A stretch of DNA of 63,042 nt, the filler included, from Octopus bimaculoides (lineage: Eukaryota): NCBI RefSeq assembly GCF_001194135.2. It is 6 parts of 6 records of this genome, joined end to end, with 100 filler letters (N's around TTAATTAATTAA, not from the genome) between each part and the next. Parts side by side here need not be neighbours in the genome. Positions count along the whole stretch, not along the records: positions 1 to 15,649 come from NC_069009.1; 5 more parts are not named here. One strand, 5' to 3'. Numbering within the stretch: position 1 is the first letter of the stretch; each line of letters starts with the position of its first letter. Positions 1 to 11,565 of the stretch are shown here, one piece after another. A program made the translations under genes and the position numbers. The notes under the pieces are model-generated. The model had not been told where the DNA came from. It did no database searches and saw nothing but the letters and a program-made list of their open reading frames with translations.

Positions 1-152
1 AATAACCAAGTTTCAAGATAAATATAATAAATATATTTATCTTATGATATTTACTTTGCTTTATATTATACTCATTTATTGTGTTTTTAATTGTTAATTT
101 TTCTATATGTGATAGTGGATTTTCATCAATGAGTTCTTGAAACTTGGTTATT
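1..152. repeat. Short inverted repeat, probably a small MITE cut by the window edge
   Basis: 1-17 aataaccaagtttcaag is the exact reverse complement of 136-152 cttgaaacttggttatt. Confidence 0.55.
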
Positions 153-269
153 TTCCCTAAAACTATATATTTTATATATATATATATATGCTTACCCCCA
201 GTAGGGGCCACAATTTTAACGTTTGAATGAGCTAAAGCGAGAACAAATGATGTGAAATGTACCACCACT

Positions 270-2180
270 CCTTCCCATGTTCCCTCCCACATCCCTTTCC
301 CAGTTTTCAGAGTTGGCACTGTCAATGTAGGTACATTGAAAGGTAGGTCTCGCAAGATTGTTGAGATGTTTGTATGGAGGTGTGTTGATGTATGTTGCAT
401 CCAAGATGTTAGGAGGAGAGGGGCTTCAGCCAGGTTCCTCACAGCAAGACACATAGCTATAAAATCCTCTGGGAAGGTAACAGTGATGGGAGAGAGAGTT
501 AGCCTAGATGAGATGCAGTTTGATTTTGTACCAGGGAGAAGCACCACTGATGCTATATTTCTGGCAAGGCAGCTGCAAGAGAAATACATAGCTAAAGATA
601 AACCTCTGTACTTGGCCTTTGTTGACTTGGAAAAAGCCTTTGACAGGGTCTCGATTCCTTATCTGGTGGTCAATGCGGAAACTAGGGATAGATGACTGGT
701 TGGTGAGAGCTGTACAAGCTATATACAGGGATGCTACCAGTAAGGTGAGGGTTGGCAATGAGTACAGCAAAGAACTCATGGTACAAGTAGGGGTTCACCA
801 AGGATCGGTGCTCAGCCCCCTCTTGTTCATCACAGTCCTCCTGGTAATAACAGAGGAATTTAAGACAGGATGCCCCTGGGAACTACTCTATGCTGATGAT
901 GTCACTTTTATTGCTGAATCACTACCAGAACTAGAGAAGAATTTCCAGGTATGGAAGCAAGGTCTAGAATCAAAGGGACTTAGAGTTAACTGAGCAAAAA
1001 CCAGTCTTAATAAACAGGAAAGCAGTAAAATCACAAATCCCCTCAGGTAGATGGCCCTGCTTGATCTGTAGAAAAGGCATAGGCAGAAACTCCATAAGAT
1101 GCACTCGATGTAAGCTTTGGACACATAAAAAGTGCAGCAATATCAGAGGAAGGTAAACAGGAAAACTAGCTTTTGTATGTGGAAGATGCACAGGTACAAT
1201 AAACGCTGAAAATAGACTCCATCAACTGCCAGAGGAACAAGCTAGAAGTAGTAGATAACTTCCGTTGTCTATGTGACCAAGTTAGTAGTGGAGGTGGATG
1301 CTCCAAGAACATAGCTGTGAGAATAAGATAAGGCTGGGCAAAGTTCAGAGAGTGCCTACCTCTGCTGGCAACAAAGGGCCTCTCTCTCAGAGTGAAAGGC
1401 AAATTGTATGATGCCTGTGTGTGAATAGCTTTGGTACATGACAGTGAAACATGGGCTGTGACAGTTGAGGAGATGTGTAGGCTGGATGTGCAATGTCAGT
1501 GTGCTTGTTCGACAGGTTGTAAGCATCTTGAGAGAAAAGTTAGGCATAAGAGGCATCAGATGTGGTATGTAAGAGAGACGACTGCGCTGGTATGGTGATA
1601 TGATGCATATGGACAAGGGCAGCTGTGTAAATAAGTGCTAATCTCTAACTATGGAGGGAACCTGTGGTAGAGGTAGACCCAGGAAGACATGGGATGAAGT
1701 GGTGAAGGATGATCTTTGAACTTTGTGCCTCACAATGGCAATGACTAGTGACTGAGACCATTGACGATATGCTGTACTTGAGAAGCCCCATCAAGTCAAA
1801 TAAAATCGTAGTCATGGGTGATGCTGGTGCCACATAAAGAGCATCTCTCGAGCATTGGCCTCACGGAGGCAAAGTGGCTGAGTTCTTTTCGAGTGCTGGG
1901 CCTCACAGAGGCAATAACCGAGACCATTGGCATTATGTTGTGCTTGACAAGAAGACCCATCAAGCCGAAGAAAACTGCAGTTGTGGCAGACACTGGTGTC
2001 ATGCAAATAGCACCCATGCCAGTAGCATGTAAAAGCACCCATTACACTCTCAGAGTGGTTAGCATTAGAAAGGGCATCCAGCAATAAAAAAATCATGCAA
2101 AAGCAGACTGCAGTCTGATGCAACCTTCCAGCTTACCAGCCCTGGTCAAACCATTCAACATATATTAAATGATGATGATA
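270..2180 (+). mobile_element. Decayed RTE-clade LINE with an internal deletion
   Basis: An endonuclease start (FRVGTVNVGTLKGRS) is joined to RT motifs (DEMQF.FVPGRSTTDAIF, FVDLEKAFDRV, GVHQGSVLSPLLF, YADD at 889-900). Frameshifts and stops follow, then a C-terminal RLRWYG region and a (tga)n tail. Confidence 0.92.
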
Positions 2181-2543
2181 TATATATTTTTTTTTTTTCC
2201 CTCCTTTTTTTGTGTCTATTTTTTTGTATGTATACTTGTAAGAAAAAATCTTTTCCTGTTTAAGCAACCAGTAAAATATACATTATTCAGTTTGAAAACG
2301 GTTACTTGAAAGCTTGAAGCTCATATCAGAATAACTCACTGTAAACATTATTATTAAGATTAAATAAAAATTATCCCCCCACCAAAAAGCCACTCAGAAA
2401 GCTTTGGTCAGCTTGGGACTATAGTGGAAGGACTCTATGAAGGGAGTTGCAGGGACCAGATAATGATGGGGTTGGCATTAAACAGCACCAGGATGAATTA
2501 AATGTATCACATAATGAAGAAACTACAACAAAACAATACTTAC

Positions 2544-2635
2544 AAAGCAATGGTGAACCAAATGACACGACCAGCTTCATCATATATTTCAGGGTGTTCG
2601 ACATCTATGAGTTTATTGAAACTGAGGAGAGCTTT
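2544..2635 (-). CDS. NUF2: Nuf2 coding exon 3 (92 nt, phase 0-2); the gene continues beyond the left window edge
   Basis: tcttttctttcctcctgcag acceptor and GTAAGT donor. Translation is KALLSFNKLIDVEHPEIYDEAGRVIWFTIA+TT, in frame with the previous exon. The EHPEIYDE segment fits the Nuf2 CH-domain region. Confidence 0.85.
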
Positions 2636-2929
2636 CTGCAGGAGGAAAGAAAAGACAAGAGGTCAGGCTCTCTGATTATGTGGTTAATAAGAAAAATTTT
2701 CATCTATTTTATACTCCAATTAGTGGATAATTGTGCCCTTATTATAAGTATAATAATGCTGTTGAGATGAAGGCTCCTAAATGACACACATTCTCTCTTG
2801 ATGACCACATAAACTTGCTAGTATCTGATATGCAAAGCGTTCAACTAGTAGCACTTGCATCTACAAGTTCTTTGCAAAAAATCTAAAAACATACCCTACT
2901 TAGTGGACAATAGCATCCTTGTTATAGAT

Positions 2930-4030
2930 TTCCAATAGGAGATGGCCCTGCTCAATATGTAAAAAAGGTGTTGCTATAAACTGCATATGTTGTACCCAGT
3001 GCAAGCTTTGGACACACAAGAGCTGCAACGGTATCACAGGAAGGTTAACAGAGAAAATAGTTTTTGTGTGTGGCAAATGTGTGGGTACAATAAACACTAA
3101 AAATGTGCAGACAATAGACTTTCTGAAATGCACAGGGGGAGGGGGGATCATTAGTAATAGGAGATGGCTTCTGTTACACAGGCAACAAAGTTAGCAGTGG
3201 AGGAAGAAGTTCTGAAAGTGTAGTGTAGTTTCTAGAACAAGAATGGGCTGGGTAAAGTTCAGAAAGTTCCTACCTTTGTTGGTAACTAAGGGCCTCTCCT
3301 TCTTAGTGAAAGGCAGATTGTATGATGCCTGTATATATACAGCTATGTTACATGGCAGTGAAACATGGGCTCTGACTACAGAGGACATGTGAAGGCTTGA
3401 AAGTAATGAAACAAAGCATGCTCCACTGGATGGGTAATGTCCACATGCACACACAACAGAGTGTAAATGATTTAAGAAGAAAACTAGGTATAAGAGGCAT
3501 CAGATTTTGTGTGCAAGAGAGAAGACTGTGCTGGTATGGTCATGTGATGCATATGGAGGAGGACAGCTTTATAAAGAAGTGCTGAGCTCCTGTGGAGGGA
3601 GCCTGTGGAAGGGGTAGACTCAGGAAGACGTGGGATGAAGTGGTGTGAAAGACTCTTCAGACGCTGGGCCTCACTGAGGAAATGACAAAGGACTGGGAGC
3701 TGTGGTGATTTGCTGTACTTGAGAAGAGGTGTCAAGTCAAGTAAAATCACTGTCTTCTACACATTTAGGCTTGTCCTTTACAAGTGCCAGTGCCATATAA
3801 AATGCACTCATACTGGTTTCCGCATAAATGCAACTGTGCCGGTGGCACATAAAAAGCACCCAGCACACTCTGTAAAGTAGTTGGTGTTAGGAAAGTCATC
3901 CAGCTGTAGCTACCATGCCAAAACAGACAATTGGAGTGTGGATAGCTCTCCAGCTGGCCAACTCCTGTTAAACTGTCCAACCCCTGCCAGCATGGAAAAT
4001 GGATATTAAGCAATGATGATGATAATGATG
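2930..4030 (+). mobile_element. 5'-truncated RTE LINE of the same family
   Basis: Clear nucleotide similarity to 1050-2170 (agatggccctgct..., ggcagtgaaacatgggct, gagaagactgtgctggtatgg). Ends in gatgatgataatgatg. Confidence 0.88.
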
Positions 4031-4045
4031 ATTATATATAAGGTA

Positions 4046-4910
4046 ATCTTTATATCCAACTAAACATGGTTATCTTGTTAGAACACCAAATACTGCATTA
4101 ATAGCCTTGTGAGATCCTCTCAATTAGATGCTTGATGCATAAAAGCACACACACAGATCGTAGCAAAGTTTGTGTGTCATGGGTGCTGGAATCCCCATTT
4201 TATATGGTTTTGGTGTTTTAACAAGGCATCCATGTTAAGTTGGATATAAAGATTAGCTTTTGGTATTAATATTGTTTCTGCCATTAATAATTAATTTCTA
4301 ATAAGCCTGCTGGCTATTTGTGCTGTATCGTAGCAGTGAGATTTAATTCTCATGCAGTGACCAGTGCTTCCCACTGATGAGTTCCAATAGAATGTAATAT
4401 GGGAATTCCAGTAACGAGGAGGGACAAATTTTGTCTGCTACAATCTATGTGTGTGCTTTTAAGTACCAAGTGCCTATATGAGAGGATCTCTCAAGATTAA
4501 TAACACACTATTCCGTGTTTTGACAAGGCATCTATGTTAAGTTGGACACAAAGGTTACCTTTTAGCATTAATATTGTCTTCATTACTAACAATGAATTTT
4601 TAATAAGCCTGCTGGCGATTTGCTGAAATTCTATATATTGTAGCAGTGAGATTTGATTGTCATTCAGTGATTGGTGTCTCCCACTGATAAATTCCAACAG
4701 AATGAAATCACATGACACGGGAATTCTGGCTCTCACTACAGACGAGTTTCATCTGCTACATTCTATGCGTGTGCTTTTATGCAACAAACACATATATGAG
4801 AGGATGTCTCAAGGCTAATAACACAGTATTTGCTGTTTTAACAAGGCATCCATGTTTAGTTGGGTAAAAAATTATTTCTTGCCATTAGTATTGCTTCTAT
4901 TACTTACTAA
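4046..4910. repeat. About 300-320 bp tandem repeat (about 2.5 units) preceded by an inverted partial unit
   Basis: acaaggcatc(c/t)atgtt recurs at 4221, 4523 and 4841. 4046-4170 is the reverse complement of the same unit. Confidence 0.75.
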
Positions 4911-4930
4911 TAATTAATATATATATTAAG

Positions 4931-5147
4931 GCAATAAGCTGGCAGAATCGTTAGCATGCCAGGTGAAATGCTTAGCGGCATTTTGTCAGTTTTCACATTC
5001 TGAGTTCAAATTCCACCATGTTCATCTTTACCTCTCATCCTTTCATGGTTGATAAAATAGGTACCAGTTGAGTACTGGGGCCAATGTAATTGACTTACCC
5101 CCTCCCCCGAACATACTGGCCTTGTGCCAAAATTTTGAAATTAATAA

Positions 5148-5150
<3 letters not shown>
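4931..5150 (+). mobile_element. tRNA-derived SINE, family A (CpG-decayed copy)
   Basis: gctggcagaatcgttagc...gagttcaaattcc head. Homologous to the copies at 42710 and 50057. Confidence 0.85.
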
Positions 5151-5181
<31 letters not shown>

Positions 5182-5184
<3 letters not shown>

Positions 5185-6180
5185 GGTGCATAAGGGATTT
5201 GAGGACATACCTTTTTGGGGTCATTGTTGCATTTTTTGCTAACTCTGTATAATCTTTGTTTCAGAAAATAGTAATGGCAGACCCTCAGCTAACTCAAGAA
5301 ATGAAGGGGCATGCTGTTATTGTAGTTATAAAGGCTGAGCATAGTGATTTAGAAATATCTCGATTTTTTAAAAGTTGCCAGATCTTTTGTCTACAAAGTT
5401 TGTAAGGAGCTAGAAACTGAAGATGGAAACGTATCACCACTTTCAAAGCATAAAAAGCATTCTAAATTCTCTGAAATCATCAGAACACCTGAATCTATCC
5501 AGCAAGTTCCACAGATCATTGATTACAATCCCAGAAAATCCATGAGGTCAATTGTGAAAGATCTCCATGTGTCAGAAGGAACAGTCAGAAATGTCTATGA
5601 ATGATGAGAAAAGGACAGTTTGTCAGAAAAAAGCAAAAGAAAGTTACTACATTGGATCTAAAAGGCTCTTAAACAAACTAAAAAATCCAGCAGAAGATTT
5701 GACTTGATTTTCCTCAAATGAGAAAAACTTCGACCAAGATCAAAAAGTTAACTGAAGCAATGACAGATGGTTATGTGCAGACCCTTCTGAAGTTTCAAGT
5801 GTTATGCATACAAAATTTCCTGTAACTGTCACGGTTTATGCTTGTCAGCAATGAAGGACATGTAATGCCTCCTTATTTCTTTCCACAAGGCTTATACTGA
5901 GGTCCTGAAAATAATTGTTAAGCCCCAAAGATTCTTTGAAAGCTGCCATGGCCAGAGTAATGTCCAAAATGAACTAGGGTCACTTGATTCGAGCATGTAG
6001 ATGATTTAGATCTCATATAGAAGTTGTTGAAGTTGAAGGTGGCTTTATTGAATAACATTATTGAAAAGAAGGTTTATTTTTATCCTCATAGTATTTTTTG
6101 ATAAATAAAGTTATTATCTGTTATTATATATGTTTTTTTTTATAAACAAAAATCTGTCCTCAAATATCTTATACATCCGG
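5182..6180 (+). mobile_element. Internally deleted Tc1/mariner element, probably maT/DD37D type
   Basis: TA flanks and imperfect TIRs (cagggtgcataagggatttgaggaca / tgtcctcaaatatcttatacatccgg). Remnant peptides include AEHSDLEISRF, NPRKSMRSIVKDLHVSEGTVRN, SNEKNFDQDQKVN and the terminal EGGFIE*. The later catalytic residues are deleted, so the subfamily is inferred. Confidence 0.85.
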
Positions 6181-6377
6181 TATATATTCTATACATATAT
6201 ATATATTTTTATACATTCAAATATGAATTAGAAGCTAGTGTTGTAAACATTATTGACCACTCAAACTCATTGAGTTTTGCTTGTTCATCAGAATGCTGCT
6301 GTGTAGCATAGTGGGGACGATTCCCTCAAAGCACCGGGTGTTAAAACACCTGAAAGTGTGGCCAAGCAAGACAACTT

Positions 6378-6945
6378 GGATCTTTTTTAAAACGGGGGCC
6401 ACATTTTTCATTAACAAAACACTTTGAAACTTGGAACACTGGTAGAATGTGTCATATAAAACATCTTTTTCTCTTAGTCTTCTTAAAAAAAAAAGAAATC
6501 CATAAGTTATTCCATGTGAAAGTTGTCGTATTTCTGTAATTTCAACCAATCACTGACGTCCATTCAGCCGATATACATTAAGTGCCGACTACATAAACAA
6601 ATGATTCTGAAACAATTAACCCTAACCCTAACCCTAGGGTTAGGGTTAGGGTTAAAGCAAATTTAAAATGAAAAAAGCAAATAAAACGAAGGTATGGAGA
6701 TTAAATACGCTTTACACCGCTTAATCAGCCAAAGGAGTAAATGTAAACAACTGAATACTTGTCAGTGATTGGTTGAAATTATCGAAATAAGACAATTTTT
6801 TACATGAAATAAATTCGAATACAAAAATATTTTTCTGTTCTATAACACAAAATAGATAAGTATACGAAGTTTGAAAGTCTTTTGGTACCAAAAACACTAC
6901 GTAAAACATTAATGAAAAATGTGGCCCCCGTTTTAAAATAGATCC
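6378..6945. mobile_element. MITE with about 37 bp TIRs, a near-perfect 8 bp TSD and a central telomere-repeat palindrome
   Basis: Left TIR ggatcttttttaaaacgggggccacatttttcattaa and right TIR ttaatgaaaaatgtggcccccgttttaaaatagatcc. Flanks are gacaactt (6370-6377) and gacaactc (6946-6953). An internal inverted repeat caaccaatcactgac / gtcagtgattggttg is also present. Confidence 0.9.
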
Positions 6946-7264
6946 GACAACTCACCCCGAATCCCATTCAGGAGTGATGGATAATGATATTTTGCTATTT
7001 TTGTGGCTTATCAACATCACGTACCTGAATCAAACAAAGGATAAACTGAATGACCAGTCTATGACTAGATACAAATAGTGTCAAAACAATTTGCTGGAAT
7101 GTCAACATGACGGATAAATAAGAAGAAATTCAATTATAATTTAGAAGCAGCGCTAGGGAAGCCATGTTGAAAAGTAAATATCATTTAGTCATGAGAGTAT
7201 CTTGGTCAGCTTGTGACTAATAATGAACAGATATCAGACACAAAATACAGTCTTAAAAGGGTAA

Positions 7265-7580
7265 AAACCACCTTCAGTCATGAATGACCACAGGTTTGCA
7301 CCTAGAAGGTTACCCTCTGAGGCACAAGTCTGGCATGGTTGTTTATGGAAGACCAGCAGTCACCAATGCGTACCAGTCTCCCCTTTTCACACCACCAATG
7401 TTATGGAAGGGAAGGCAAAGGCCAGTACAGCTTGGCACCAGTGATGTTGCAACTCATTTTTACAACTGAGTGAACTAGAGTAACATGATTGTATACACAA
7501 CACACAATCTGGTCTGGGAATTGAACTCACTACCTCATGCTTGTGAGCTCAACACTCTAGCCACTGACCTCTACGCCTTC
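7265..7580 (-). mobile_element. tRNA-derived SINE, family D
   Basis: On the minus strand it has a B-box-like gagttcaattcc. It shares its body with 15115-15405 (ttgtttatggaagaccagcagtc, gcttggcaccagtga, ctgagtgaact). Confidence 0.75.
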
Positions 7581-7876
7581 AGTCTATTTCATTAACAACA
7601 CAGCAATCAAGAAGTATACAATAAAGTAGTAAAAAGGAAAATAGGCCAACTCCATATTTTTTTCTCAATTTCAGATTCCTAAAATTAATATGTACAAAAC
7701 TAAAAATCTGCAAGTTTACTCTCTAGAATTAAATGTTCTTCATTTTGAGAGCCTCTGAGTTAGATTGCTGATTAGGAGGTGATGCTGAGAGTTGGGTGCA
7801 GAAAAATTAACTATGATACAGGAAGGGAATAGGGGGGGAGATAGAGAAAAGGGAACCAGTTGGTGTCCATACTCAC

Positions 7877-7951
7877 TTCTTCAACAGTGTCCATTTTCAC
7901 CGCTGTGATCGATTCAAACAGGAGAGCATAGATCTTGAACCAGCGAACAGC
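7877..7951 (-). CDS. NUF2: Nuf2 coding exon 2 (75 nt, phase 0-0)
   Basis: tttgtcattgcag acceptor and GTGAGT donor. Only one frame is open: AVRWFKIYALLFESITAVKMDTVEE. It aligns without gaps to human [25 protein letters not shown] (from memory), with IY in register. Confidence 0.85.
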
Positions 7952-8399
7952 CTGCAATGACAAATATAGTATTACTAGCAATGACACTCAGGATTAAAAT
8001 GGCAAAGTTTGTATATAATAGGAGGAGTTTGTCTCCCCCTCGCAAACATAAGGACACAGTAATTGTGTCAAGGCCGACAGGAAGCGGTCCAGCTTCCTAG
8101 GGCTAAACAACAGTAGTATATTCCCTTATTGGGATTGTCACATTGAGTTGACAATATACAACAACTTTATCGCATCACTACTGCTTAACTCTCTCTGAGA
8201 GATTTACAAATATGCTATTTAATATATTACAGTTATGTTGAAACAGGTGAAATGGGAAAGTGCAGCATTTATGACAAAACATTTGTGGAGTGAATAATGG
8301 GCTAATTCAACTAAGTGAATGTATCCGTTTGGAGTATTCCAGGCCCTAACCTGTCATTGAGAATTGGGGGTGGTGGGGGTATTTTAGCGGATATACTCT

Positions 8400-9330
8400 C
8401 CTTTGTGGTGGTTGGCACTGCATCTCACACAGCCCATCACCTGAAGTTTTGATACCTCCTTCGGGCTTGTTGTCCTACATCACACATAAAGTAAATTTGG
8501 AGGAACTGTGGTTGCTTCATTTGTGGGTAACAGGGAAGCAATGCGGCGATAGACTTGCTCTTGAACTTTGAGCGTCAGTGTAAATCCATGTTCGACTATC
8601 TCCTTAGATGTCATTTGAAATGCAGAGTTGTATTGTGTGATATTATTCAGAAAATCCTTTGACTGGATGGAAGTGCCTTCCAGGAGGAGCTGGTAGTGCT
8701 GGCAATCTTACCTTACCATCTGAGCAGTGCATGCCACTAGTTTCATTTGGAAATTTTAAAGCTTTGCAGAAATGACAATTTGAGTTTAGCACACCAATTT
8801 TGGACAAAAATTATCATTTTTATAAGAATGGGATGAATCATATCTGAAAGCAGTTCCAGGAGGTGTGAAGAAAGAATTTGTATGTAGTCTGTTTCTGAGA
8901 GCTGTTCTATTGGACCACTGTCTAATCATTAAAACATTATTTTAATGATTCAGCATTAAGTGCTGCAGCATACTTTTGCTGATGATGAGAAAGTCACATC
9001 TCGCTTCTCTCTTCAGGTTCCATTTGACATGCTACAACATGCATTTTGGGAAATGTCTCCTTTCACTTCTGTCTGGAGAAAGTCTCCTCTAACTTCTGTC
9101 TTGAGACTCCAGAGGGAAATGTCTCCTATCGCTTCTGTCCTGAGACTCCATTTGACGTACTCCAGCATGCCTTTGCTGATCAAGAGAAAGTCTCATCTCC
9201 CTTCTCTCTCGAGACTCCATTTGATGTGCTGCAACCACTGACACACCACTCCACTATCATGGCTATGAAGACGGAAAGTTGCCGATGCGTAATGTTGTTC
9301 ACATTAGGATAGAAATTATTCAATTATTTC
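8400..9330 (-). mobile_element. Helitron RepHel N-terminal remnant (not in the ORF track)
   Basis: Minus-strand translation gives charged repeats (QMESRERREMRLSLDQQRHA), CHFCKALKFPNETSGMHCSDGKVRLP and SKDFLNNITQYNSAFQMTS...FTLTLKVQEQVYRRIASLLP. These are typical of the Helitron Rep N-terminal region. Confidence 0.85.
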
Positions 9331-10349
9331 AAATATAATAGAAATAAGATGATCTTAGTGTTATTACATTAGAATTAAAAGTGAAACAGTATTATATTAC
9401 ATTACAATAGAGATCTTATTCTTTCACTCCTGACATGTAATACTGAACCAGTGCCGATGTTATATTGTTTTAATCCAAATGAAAAAAAAAATTACATGTT
9501 GACACTCACGGGGTCTGATACTGTTACCTTGTAAAATTTGATTTGGTCAAACCACTTCAGAATGCATAGGGAACAGACAGACAGACAGACAGACAGAGGC
9601 AAAGAATTTTATATATGTAAATTATTATCGATATGGGTTCAAATTCCATCAAAGTTGACTTTGCCTCTCATCCTTTTGGGGTTGATAAAATAAGTAACAG
9701 TTGAGTACATGTTATTCTAGTTCACTCAGTTGTAAAAATGAGTTGCAACATCACTGGTGCCAAGCTGTACTGAACTCAGAATGTGAAAACCAACAAAACG
9801 CCACTAAGCATTTCACCTGGCATGCTAACCTCAGGTCAATGTAATCGACTTATCACCTCCCTTAAAATTACTGGTTTTGTGTCAAAATTTGAAATCATGG
9901 TGATTGTTATGAGAATGCAAAACGATGGCATATCTGTGTGTGTGTGTGTGTATGTGATTTGTTTGAGATAATTATCATTTAAACATCCTCTTTTCCATAC
10001 TTGTATGGGTCAGGTAGAGTTTCTTAAGGCAAATTTTCTATAGCCAGATGCCCTTCCAGGTCACTAACCCTGTTTGCAAGCAAGGCAATATTTTTCCATC
10101 GCCAGACCTTTTTTTGGGAAATGAATGACATTCATTTACAACAGTGGTTCTCAACCAGCGTCCATATGACCCCTGAGGGTCAGTATAAGACTTTTGAGAG
10201 TCCATGTAACAAAAGATAGTTTGTTGATAGAAGGGACAACAATGATACAACTCATAGAGAGCAACTTTTGTAGAGCACAGATATTAGTTTCAAATTTTGG
10301 CACAAGGCCAGCAATTTCAGGAGGAGAGAGAGAGTGGGAGACAGCAGGA

Positions 10350-10806
10350 ATTTGCCACCATCTCTATCCTGCTCTCCCTCTCTCTCTCTCCTTCTGCACT
10401 TCCCTCAGGTTGGGCAACCATGTATTTCCTTTGCAGCAGCACACCTGTTTCTGTCTTCATTCCTGATCTCTCTCTCTGGCCGAGTAACCTTGTACTTCCT
10501 CTACAGCAAGACACTTGTATCAGTCTCACTATAACCTTTCATCATCCAACAGAAGATCACCTCCTCTCATCCTGAAAGTTCTTTTTTGTCTTGCAAGTAC
10601 TTGGTGACCCTGTCAGTGCAGGTGCCACTTAAAAGCACCCAGTCCACACTGTAAAGTGGTTGATGTTCGGAAGGGCATCCAGCTGTGAAAACCTTGCCAA
10701 AACAGTCACAAAAGTCTGGTGTAGGCTTCTGCCTGGTCAGCTTGGCCAGCTCTAGTGAAACCATCCTACCCATTCTGGCATGGAAGGTGGATGTTAAATG
10801 ATGATG
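10350..10806 (+). mobile_element. RTE 3' UTR and tail fragment
   Basis: aaaagcacccagtccacactgtaaagtggttg...ggaagggcatccagctg...gatgttaaatgatgatg, the same tail as at 2030-2180 and 3850-4030. Confidence 0.75.
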
Positions 10807-10819
10807 GGGCAGGTCAATT

Positions 10820-10970
10820 ACATCACCCCCACTAGGCAACTGGTATTTATTTGATCAACCCTGAAAGGATGAAAGGCAAAGTCAACCTCAGCAGGGTTTA
10901 AACTCAGAACATACAAAGTGCTGCTAACCATTTTGCCTGACATACTAACGATTCTGCCAGTTGAGTGCAA
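10820..10970 (-). mobile_element. SINE family A (CpG-decayed copy)
   Basis: tcaaccctgaaaggatgaaaggcaaagtcaacctcagcagg corresponds to tcgaccccgaaaggatgaaaggcaaagtcgacctcggcgga at 50150-50200. Confidence 0.85.
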
Positions 10971-11565
10971 ATATCAACATACACAGACACACACTGGACT
11001 TCTTTCAGTTTCCATAATTAATCATTATTGTTTAATGTCTGCTTTCCATGCTGGCATGAATTGGACAGATTGACAGGAGCTGGCCAGGCTCCAATTGTCT
11101 ATTTTGACATGGTTTCTATGGCTGGATGCCTTTTTCCTAACACCAACCACTTTACGAAATGTGCTGCTGGGTGCCTCTGATCTGCTCCTGGCATGAGCAC
11201 ATTTTACAAGGCACCAGTATGAGTGCATTATATGTGATGCTAGGATGAATGCACTTTACATGGCACCAGCTGCTGCAAGGCAAAGACTTCTCAGCAGGGA
11301 GAGGGAGTAGGGTCATGGCCATAAAAGACATGCCTGTTTGTATGGATGGCCACGAGTTGACCCAGGGATATAATAGTAGATAATTGCTGAAAGAGCAAGG
11401 AGACGGAACCCAAAACCATATGGTTGGGAAACAAACATTTTAACCAAATAACTATGCATATATCTATGTGTGTGAGTGTGAGAAAGTTTGTTTCTGTGTT
11501 TTCACAATATCATTTGAGCAACACTGGTGGTTATCTCCATTTCCCAATAAACAATACATCTTCTA

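Noticed and set aside
100-165. Candidate next nuf2 exon (ttttag acceptor near 158, KITKFQELIDENP-like frame)
   Set aside because: The required phase-2 frame stops after nine codons, and the sequence is one arm of the 17 bp inverted repeat.
2447-2770. 107 aa plus-strand ORF
   Set aside because: It is the antisense shadow of the nuf2 exon at 2544-2635, with no recognisable homology.
6616-6655. Interpretation as a true chromosome end-to-end fusion site
   Set aside because: There are only about three repeats per arm, and they sit inside a TIR/TSD-bounded element within an intron of a conserved gene.
8715-8921. Apparent minus-strand host exon (gattag acceptor, GTAAGG donor)
   Set aside because: All frames stop, and the donor-like sequence is the GKVRLP coding motif of the Helitron remnant.
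8960-9241. Repeat-spacer-like array resembling CRISPR or a novel minisatellite
   Set aside because: The units are degenerate coding repeats of the Helitron N-terminus on the minus strand, in a eukaryotic context with no cas genes.
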